Part shown: piece after piece, positions 1 to 64,000 of the stretch
How positions within the stretch are numbered: the first letter of the stretch is position 1
Layout of the letters: each line of letters starts with the position of its first letter
DNA from: Balanoglossus misakiensis
Lineage: Eukaryota; Animalia; Hemichordata
DNA length: 64,000 bases
Assembly (NCBI GenBank): GCA_040954595.2
Contig: CM082594.2
Span: 3,333,319 to 3,397,318, forward strand
Reading direction: 5' to 3'
Notes under the pieces: model-generated
Database searches by the model: none
Seen by the model: only the letters and a program-made list of their open reading frames with translations
What the model was told of the DNA's origin: nothing
Position numbers and translations under genes: made by a program

Positions 1-180
1 AATGTCTCCAGATTGACCTATTAGTCAATTTTAACCACGGGTTCAGCGCACCTTTGAGCGGTGACAAATACGTTGATTTATTTCCCTTCATAGCGGTTTG
101 TATACGTTAACAGGACAAGGGGCCACTAAGCGCGATATCTTAGTTCTGTTGCCTTAGTTTTAAAAAAATATCGTGAAAAT

Positions 181-187
181 TATAAAA
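181..187 (+). promoter_or_regulatory. Candidate TATA box of the plus-strand gene
   Basis: TATAAAA 125 nt upstream of the signal-peptide ATG, at the edge of a more GC/CpG-rich first exon; position only. Confidence 0.3.
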
Positions 188-305
188 CTACACTCCAGGC
201 GATTTGTGTGATTAATGGAGACCAGCAGAGGGCAATGAGAGGAGTCGAAAACAGACGCGCCGACATTTTGTTATTAACGTCCTCCGTTTGTGTTCATTTT
301 CCGCG

Positions 306-4318
<4,013 letters not shown>

Positions 4319-5974
4319 CACTCCAGCGTGTAACAATATCAGTCTATTTATTGCTGTGTAATTAACTGGTGGAAGATAAAAAAAAAACTGCTAATTAATT
4401 GAGAAAAGCCACGAAATGAATGGTTTGAAGTTTTAAGACATTGTTTTCAAGTTTTCATAGTAGGGAACAGTCACTTTTATATAAGGATTTTTGCACAATA
4501 TGCACGTTGTTGGAAAGCCTGAATATTGCTATTGTTTACAAGAAGGCTAGTGAATCGAGAAATTGAAAAAAAAATTAATATGGATTTTTCACCGTTTTCA
4601 GGGTAAATTTGACAATACTTCAAATGGATTTTTGTCACAACAAATAACGTTTATTATATGCTTGACAAGCGCGTGCACGATGTGTTGATCTTTTTCGTTT
4701 TTTAACTGTCAGCTTTCTTTTTTGAATCGTCAATCGGAATTAGATATTTCATCATAAGACTAAATGAATAGTTGCAGAAATCATAAACTGGCTTTTAAAA
4801 GCCAAAACAAATACTTTTATAGCACATAATTTAGGCATTATCTGAGGTGAAGAACATATATTTCACAGGTCGCAATTGTATATGGTTTGACGTGACCGAC
4901 TATGGTATTTATCCAAATACGCAAGAAAACACATCGCTATGTAAATGGATGGTATCATGTTAGATTTGCATTCCATCCATTTATCATCTGTCTCACAGCC
5001 CCTTCATTTGAATATCCTTTCATGACGTCCACTCATCATAATACCCTCCCAGGTCTCGTTCCATGCAAGTCTCGCGGGATTCCTTTGCCAGCCTTCTCCT
5101 GATGCCGATGCACAATCTCTACACACTCGCGCAAGTACATGTGATTGCAATCTCTCAAAATAGTGACAGATTAATCTTGTACATGTAGTTTATTAGGGAA
5201 AAATCAATATCACTATCGATCGCAACCAAGCCAGTCATGCTTGACCTCTGACCTTATCTACACGACGTGGTTTAGTAACCAGGGACTGCGGGACAGGAAA
5301 AATGAACCCACAGACAAGGGCAAAGATTCTTCAACCTTTTTACCAACGTGGTTTTGTCCAACTAAATTGTTTCTATGGTAAAATTGGACTTCTGTAGAGG
5401 GAACTGGAGGTGAAAGGATTAACACTCCTGAAGCTGTCTCTTTTGGCTTTTCTGTCAGTATTTGTGTGCGTCATACCAGACTAAGTTTCTTGTGGAACTC
5501 CCTCAAGCAGATGAAAGACAGTAGTCAGTATGTTAGCTCATCACGATCTTCCACTAATCATCGTCATTGGGTCATGAATTTGGATTTAGTTTAATTGATC
5601 TATTTCATGGTTCACACCATTCCGACTTGTAACATTTTACCTAATGTAATACACTCGCCCATCATGGTAAAAGGTGAAATAAAGTATATTTGTATATTAT
5701 TTACATTTATTGTTCATGAAACGGTAAAAGCGACAGAGTAACGTCATCTTGAACCACTGCTGGGCACTACAGGTGTCCAATGACTATGGGCAAGCGCATC
5801 CTGCTGTCGTGCTTCGCCCACCAACATTGGCCAACAAATTAATTGCTATTCAACAAAGCCACGGAATGACTCGTGGGAGTCAAAGCCGGCAATTAATGAT
5901 GTCTCCTCCGGTTGAGCTGCAGACGGGCCACACTCGGATACATCACCATGTCTACTATAGAACCACCAATCTTT

Positions 5975-6275
5975 TTAGGGCAGTATGCGCCCTGCGGACA
6001 GAATGCCAAAAAAAATGACTGCCCTCCAATTTTTTTCAATTCTTTGCTGTATTAAAGTGTGCGAGGAGCCTTTTATGAAACTCGGTGTTCACCGTCTTGT
6101 TTTTTAACAACAACCACTACATTGCACTATTATTTTTCTCCGTAGGATTAACACAGAGATTGGCGGTCATTTTGAACTTCAAATTTGAGACAATTTTGCT
6201 AAATTCAAAATATGCACGATGACACCCAATTTCTATACTCAAATTTAAGAGAGATTAATAATTGATTTAAAGTCC
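5975..6275 (+). mobile_element. Probable degenerate interspersed repeat / non-autonomous DNA transposon fragment
   Basis: Starts ttagggcagtatgcgccc..ggacaga and contains ttaacacagagattggcggtcattttgaa. It resembles, from memory only, a TTAA-type repeat family of hemichordate genomes; unverified. Confidence 0.35.
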
Positions 6276-7077
6276 GGACTTGAATTCATTTGTCTTTACT
6301 TACAGTCATGTCATAAGAGTTCATTTTTCTCATCTCTAAAATTAAAGGCCAGTAATCAGTATAAAGAAAAAGATGGAACACAACGAATGTATTGTTATAA
6401 AAGGGCGAATAGCGTTGTCATTTAATAAATCTTGATGGTACTATATCAATGTATGTAGGCCGAATTCCGTCTGTAATTGGCAATAACAATAGTTTAACTG
6501 TTTGTTCTTGTTATCGAACAAAACTGAAGGTATGCGATTAGCGAGATAACCCCATACCTTTGGTTGCTTCAGTATCTAACATGCCGCCATTGTGCTGTGA
6601 ACATTGGAGATAATATATTCCCCAACGAATCGGAGACGACCGATAGCAGATATCCTGGACCAGGCCAATTTGTTGTTTGTTTTACCGATCTAAGTTTAAC
6701 CCAACGCTCATTTTACTTCTTGTATTTACGTCAGCAACATGTTTCATTTTGATAAAGACCCGTCAAGACAAGCGGGATCACATGACATCTTTGTTATATC
6801 ATTGATATCATTGGTCAATCAAAGATTTTGATTAAGGCTTATTTGTGTGGAATTAATTATTTGCCGAACAGTTTCCTGGTCTGGGTAAACTTACCACACT
6901 TATGCGTCTATCCCTGGGGCCAGCGTTTGCCAAGTGCTAATATTTTAATTTAATGGATGAAAAAGACGCCTGTCTGTGATGACCTTCCCATGCCAATAGA
7001 AAAAAAAACTTGCCACCGCTCGTTTAATGACGATTGTTAAGTTTGACCAATGATTCACGCCAACTGGAAGTAGGTGT

Positions 7078-7179
7078 AGACTGAAAGATTCAGTCGTGTG
7101 CGGGCGCTCCGGCAATGCCTTGAAAAAGGGTCTTAGGCGGCGAGCTGGAGCGCCCGCACACGACTGAATCTTTCAGTCT
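7078..7179. mobile_element. Fold-back MITE-like element with perfect 33-bp inverted arms
   Basis: agactgaaagattcagtcgtgtgcgggcgctcc (7078-7110) and its exact reverse complement at 7147-7179; 36-nt loop. Confidence 0.8.
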
Positions 7180-9015
7180 GGGAATAGGTGAAGTATATAA
7201 GGGGTGTAAGGGCTGCAATAACTCACCTCATTTGGTATGTAGCCGTCCGATGTACATCTCTTGTGACGTCGACAACTTCGCCCCTGTGGTTTATGGAGGC
7301 CGCCATATTGCATTCACAAACATTTCATCGACTAACGATGACAGAAAAGCAAATTACAAAGAAATCACCTATTCATTAAGACCTCAGTAAACTGTCGGAA
7401 ATCACGTGCAAGGTCCGCTTTCTAACTCCTCTTAATTAATATACACAAATTGTTAATTGGATCTTCGGTAGTCCCCATTGTTAATCATGGGCGATCATGA
7501 GTTATAACGCAAGAGGGTGCAGCCATATTGCCAGGTGGCAATTTCCTGTTAACCAATCAGATGGAAGAATCGCCATGCGTTAATAGAGTTATGGTTAATT
7601 GGGACACAATCAGCCGTGGTTTAGTATGAATGTTCAGTGACTGGTCCACGATTGACAAATAGCCGAGGTTGTATGAAAAACCGTAGAATCCAATTTGTCT
7701 AAAATCCTTCAAAATATTTATTGATAATCAAATATTAGCTCTGCAACATGTTAAAAAATTGTACAATCCTGTAAAAAATTGTAATACTTTTATACACATT
7801 GTAAATACATATTGTTCACTATATACAGGACAGTCTAGTTGAAATTATTACACCCATTTTCATCTTGCATATTTTACGTTATGGAAGTGTCGTGAGCGAA
7901 ATAAAATTAGCTTCGACCCCACCCACTTCTATAGAAACTTGGCACATTAATGATATGTATTAGTCTTAAGAAAGATGTCTGATAATTTAACCAATTTCAA
8001 TTATTCCAATCGGTGTTGCATTGTATGTGATAAGGTACTACCCCACTGAACGGCTAATGAGGCAGGCTAAAACTACACTAGTCTAATTGTGTCAAATTCA
8101 ACTCTGTCCATATATTTCTACAAAAAATGCATGGCTAATGTTTCTACTGTACCTTAAAGAACGCTGAGCAAAAGTGCATTATCATGTTCCAGCAAAGATG
8201 TATACTGTATACTCGTTTTTTGACATCCATTCGAAGCTAGCTGTCTTTCTAAACTATCACATAGTCGTGTAAGAGACGTGATGTATATTATGATTTGAAA
8301 CCGCGATTTTAAAACTGCATAGAAAATTCGTGTGTATATTGTAAATGTTGCTATTTTTGCTGGATGAAAACATAAAGTTTATCAGAAAAAGTGGTATAAG
8401 TCAAGTAGCTGAAAAACTATACATATTAATATTAAGTCTGTCTAATCTCTTTTTTAAAGATTTAAAAAGTTCACAGCTCGTTATACATCTTTAAATTCGA
8501 TGTGGGAAATTGATGCTCGGCATAATACATAATATAAGTGTACTCAACATAATGCTCATCTTAATTACATGAAAATAATTACAACTTTTGCATAGAAATA
8601 AAAAAAAAACATAGTCAGAATATACTTTACTGGAAAGATTCAGATTAATAATCAGAGATCACCGATATACATCAGAATATTTTGACGTCTGTGCGAAAAT
8701 ACGTCTCATACTTTAGTTCATTGCCTGTAAAAGTCCGAATAAATATTTTAAAAAAAACACTCGATCCCTTGATATAATTGCACGAAAGTACCCATAGTGA
8801 TATATGTATGTAAAGTAGTACTAAGCTAAAGTGGAAGGCTAATAGTACGCTTCACTGTAATTCAATCAGTTTATTTCTTGGACTACCAGTGAACATGTGA
8901 TTTAAACGCTTATATAAAAAATCACCTAGAGTCATCTCTAGGGTCAACGAACTTTGTTTATAGTCCAAGTACGTTTTGGTTAGCAACCCCTTGTAACAGG
9001 TATCCCGTGGCATCT

Positions 9016-59561
<50,546 letters not shown>

Positions 59562-62500
59562 TGTCCAGTATAAAAGATTGTAAATTGTTTCTTGAAATGT
59601 GAAATATGCAGCTGCGCTGTGTGTGAAAGTACTACTGTAGAAGGGAATAATGTGTGGTGTTTTATGCCTTGTCGTCGGAACTGAATGGCTCAGTGTCCTA
59701 TTGTTCTTTTTGACAAAGTTTAGTGTGTAACTGTTTTTACAAAGTCTTGCATATTGTGCATATATTTTATGTCCTTGTACGTATTCATAGGCAAGGCGGA
59801 TCCCAGTTTGACCACTTTCCGCATATTCATCCCGGCGCTGATTTCCTGTAGAGAGGTCGAGAACAGAAAATGTCAAGTTTAAAGAGAAAAGGTAAACATC
59901 ATTTTCACACGAGATATGTGTCCGTTATCTATCGTTACTTCTGCAATTAACCATAGACGTGTCAAAGGATAGAATCACAATATCAATTTCTTAATTTGGG
60001 GTACCACAGTCACAAACTGAATCTATTCGCTCAATTTCGATGATTTGTTCTTAATGACTAGATACTGCTGCTGTCACTGTCCAGTTCTATGAAGGCGTTC
60101 TACTGAGACACATTTTTACCGATATTAGCAGTAACCTTAGGCCAGAGGTTCATGTTGCTAGTTCGACCATTCAAGAAATTCAAAGGTGGAGGTGGAGAAT
60201 CGACACAATTTGAAGGGAATCTTTTCGAACTAAAAATGAGGAATGTACGCGTTGCGAATTTTTCTATTGCATAATTTCTACGTCCAAATGAAAGGTGTTT
60301 CCTTGATACTAACACCGACATGCGCTGTATACGGTATGTGAACAACTTGGTCAACCGCTCCTTCATTGCTGAGGTGGGGGAAGGGGGGGGGGGCAATGAT
60401 ATACTTCCCCTCTTCCTATTTTGGCTCCACATCTCTGGCTAGCCCATATACTAGTATCATTCACACAGTATTTCGAGAATGGCGCGCCCTCGGCGACGAA
60501 AAATTAAACCGAAAGCTGTTACTTATTCGTAGCGGTGACCACACACGCCACCGTGTCAGTACACTAAGGAACGGACGTTATGATTGGCTGAATGCAAATA
60601 AACGAGGGACAGCTTAAAAAAGCTGCCTGACAGTACAAAGCATTGATTGTGCGAAATGAACATTGTCATGCGCTCTATGAGAATGGGGGTAATTAACGCG
60701 TGTACAGTAGGAAGGGAGCGGTGTTGTGCAGGCATTACTGTAGTACAGCGCGCCAGACAAAATCTTGATAGCAAAAGCGCTATTCAAATACTTTAATAAG
60801 GTATACACTTAGACTAGAATTTCAACAGTTATCGTCTCTATGAGGTGTCGTGTCGCATCTGTTGTTCTGAGGGCTCATTCGCGATTTAACGTACCTGTAA
60901 TCTTTGTCTGTTTCAGCATTTCTGCTTTTTTGGACATCCAATACAATTTTTTTTTCACTGAACAGCGCCCCCACAACATGCTAAAATACCGAGTATTCTG
61001 CATGTCAACATGGCCTCTATATGCGTAACAACCATTTTTATGGTTTACAAATAAATTTTAGTCCTGATCTGAATGTTATTGCAAAGTTATTCAAAACCAG
61101 TGCTGCTTGACCACGCATGCATTAGGCGTGTTGATAAGCATGAATTCCGGATATAAGATTCGACTTCAAGATTGCAGTAGATAAAAAAAAAGCAATACTA
61201 TTTAAAAATGCGCACTGAATACAATGATTTAAAGATACATGTACGCGCAGGTTTAACACTGTAACGCTCGAGGACACGGCACAGATTCACCAAGGACTGT
61301 CGACGTGGACTTTGTTCAGTCGGAATTCCTCAACAGCTACGTTTTCTTGTTTGCTGATGAATTACTCGAGATTTAAGTAACTAACGTTACGGTAAAACAG
61401 GTTGTTAAATGACGACAGGTTGCCAAATAAACAGAGCCAATTGATAAAACATGTACAAGGCGGACACGTGCAATGTTTGCTCACTGTGTTGGCTATCGAA
61501 TGCCTACGTCGGGACGAACGCAAGCAGCATCTGGGTGTCCCCAAAACAAACACGGTTATGATTTAGTAGATTGAGCAGGGTTACATCTCGTGGCCACAGA
61601 TTAAGTATGCTGTAAGTTGCTGTATAATAGTTTGGGAGTGTTTTGCTTCGCCTGTTTTCGACCACGGTCGATGATATCGCCTATTATGAAGAAAGATGAC
61701 CAAATGGTGGCCGACTAAATTCGATTGGCCGACGCGGGTACGTCGACTCTGATCGTTGTATGATCGTTTTTTCGCCGATTAGGGTGTGCTGTTGGGACGG
61801 TACCTGGTGGGGGCATTCGTCCATATCTGCTTTGGAGTACCAGTTTGCTTTATACACACATCAAAACACGTTAAACAGTAATACAGAGAGGGCACGGTAT
61901 GGGAGCCGTTCCAGAGTCACATCGCCGCACGTGCAAAACGTAGGCGTGTAGCAGTATCGTTGACCTTTGCATAACTCTGTTGGCAGTGCGGTGAGCTATT
62001 TCACACAGACGATTTTTTTTTGTTTTTTCGATCGATGGGAAATTCATAATTCAAACTTTGTCGGGTAGATGGATGCATCACTTCTGTACTTGAATTCGAT
62101 TCACTCCAGAGTAAGGTCATACGCAGTCGCATGACACGTCGTAGCATAATTGCTGAACTTCCCAACAGGGTACAGGCATGTCTCACCCAACATGATTTTA
62201 TTTGAAGATTATGTATAATCGTTGTTTTATGCAAACATCTCCAGATTGGACGGTTAGATATCGATACAGGTCACCTCAGCCGTTCCCTATGGCCTCGTGG
62301 CCAAAAACTGGTCTGTCGAAAACTCTCCGTCCCAGTTTAAATTTCGCATGTGGGTGAAAGAAAGCCATGATTCTACTTCATACTACGGGGAAACTGGTCA
62401 TTTACCCCGAAAATAAGTAACTCAGGATATTACAAGCGAACCGGTCATGACGCTGGCGTTAGCTGCGGCCAGGGTCCTGCTTATGTGTCACAGCAGGTCA

Positions 62501-62958
62501 AATTCTCACCCGATAAGATGGCATTTAACTAAACTGAGAATGTAATGAAAATCCTGCTGAACAAACACAACACTGCCAAATTGAGAACTGTCTGCCCCCC
62601 CCCCCCCCCACTCTCTCTCTCTTTCTCTCTCTCACTCTGTCTCTCAGGCGGAGCAACCATAATACTGAAATGAAGGTGCATAAAAAAAAACAATCTTGAA
62701 TTCGGATAAGGGCCGTGTGTAGTTTTCGACTTGCCCGGCTATTCGGGCGCCTAATTATAATATAGGCCTACAGGTTTATGCAACGACTACACGTTTTTAA
62801 ATTTGTAATGGGGAGAGGGTCTGTTTTGTTAGTTGTTTAAGTGAGGTTAGCGACTTTTTGACATTCACCAAGGCAAATATGAGAAAATGGACCAGCCACA
62901 AAAGATAGTAACCATCACATGTAGTATCGCTGTGTTATCGCTTGAGGCCGGCTAGTTA

Positions 62959-63250
62959 GGCCAAAATAAAAAAAAAATATATGCTGTTCCGATTACCCGA
63001 CCTACCCTAATTTTAGCCCGAGTTTTTAGAACTTCGTAAACCGGAAGTATTAATAACGATGTCAAATATACAATTTTTAAAAAAATTGCGTTATGAAAAT
63101 TGCGAGAATCACGCAAGAACTATGACGTCATTCTTCTACACTACGGCGGCCAAAGATATAAAAAATTGCAAAATAAACAAATTTCCCCACCTACCTACCC
63201 TATTGTTGAAAACCATGTAATCGGAACAGCACATATTTTTTTATTTCGCC
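62959..63250. mobile_element. PIF/Harbinger (Tourist)-like MITE
   Basis: TTA on both sides (62956-62958, 63251-63253); TIR ggccaaaataaaaaaaaaatatatgctgttccgattac / gtaatcggaacagcacatattttttttatttcgcc. Confidence 0.75.
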
Positions 63251-64000
63251 TTATATGTCTAATTTCAAACGTACATTTTACTAAAAATCAGTTCAATGTA
63301 CTTATTTACGTACTCTTATATTACATAATTTGCCATTTATGATTAATGGGTTTAACGATTGACTATTAAAATAAATGTATTACTTTATATTTAATAATAT
63401 TCTGTTGTTTATTCGAACTTATTTATATAAGTGTATTTAACCAAAATCCACCACTGTAAAGAAGATAACATTCCCCCCAGAAAAAAAATCCACCACCTCC
63501 TTCCTACCCGCCTCTTCCCCCCCCCCCCCCCATCCAGACACATATATTGCCGTTTTTGTTAGATTCTGGTGGCATTTATATTAATGTGAATCGCATGAGA
63601 AATAAAATCTATCGGAAGTTAACACCAATGTGTCGAAAGGTTAACTGATGTATGATGATTGATGAAAAGACCCAAATGGTTGTCTGGATACAGTAAACTA
63701 TTAACTTCAGGGTGTTTAGCTTCGCCAACTGTACAATGGTATTTCGTTTGCAAATTATCTCACTGTTACCGTTTATTTCAAACTCTGTTCCCGAAGATAA
63801 AAACAAATAAAATTTGGCTTACAGTTCGTTAATGGGGATTCTCAGCGGGAACACATTGTAGTATCATTAGGTTCAGCGCCATTTTCCATATATACAGTCA
63901 TCTCCAATTTACATACGTCCATATATGGCTGAAATGGCGTTTGAGCGTTCTAAGGAACATATGGCGGCGCTCTTTTTTTCGCGTGCCACCCACCGAAAAT

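Noticed and set aside
4400-9000. Small ORFs between the two genes
   Set aside because: Low-complexity AT-rich 3' UTR/intergenic sequence with repeat fragments; no coding signature.
59760-59930. FOX (GTAAACA), GATA (AGATAA) and TATA-like motifs upstream of the mucin ATG
   Set aside because: Such short motifs are expected by chance in AT-rich DNA, and there is no TSS evidence.
59600-64000. Short ORFs upstream of the mucin
   Set aside because: No recognisable domains, no coherent exon chain, and the region is interspersed with MITEs; treated as intergenic/regulatory.

Overview
This is eukaryotic (animal) genomic DNA, AT-rich with GT-AG introns, microsatellites and many small MITE-like insertions. 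It looks like an invertebrate deuterostome (hemichordate/echinoderm-like), but that is inference only. By reading splice sites by hand I reconstructed two convergent (tail-to-tail) type-I membrane protein genes, both with reading frame kept across all junctions. (1) Plus strand 306-4318: 7 exons, ~436 aa. It has a signal peptide, one atypical 8-Cys EGF-like module, a Thr-rich mucin stalk, a TM helix and an acidic tail ending in an ITAM-like YQSL-x10-YMSL. (2) Minus strand 59561-9016: ~62 exons, ~8,600 aa giant transmembrane mucin. In order it has a putative signal peptide, a single 16,164-nt exon of ~114 x 141-bp (47-aa) Thr/Glu-rich repeats, 12 EGF, NIDO-AMOP-VWD (with GDPH), a cadherin-like domain, ~24 EGF, SEA, 2 EGF, SEA (with GSIIA), EGF, TM, and a ~180-aa tail probably ending in the PDZ-type motif -SQI. 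The most notable points are: the mucin combines the MUC4-type and SEA-type cores with both autoproteolysis motifs; the two neighbouring genes share the same unusual 8-Cys EGF module with an intron at the same position; the giant exon grew out of a tandemly duplicated exon+intron cassette and has higher-order repeats; and there is a set of fold-back elements with hairpin-in-hairpin termini. All exon calls are manual and need RNA-seq confirmation.
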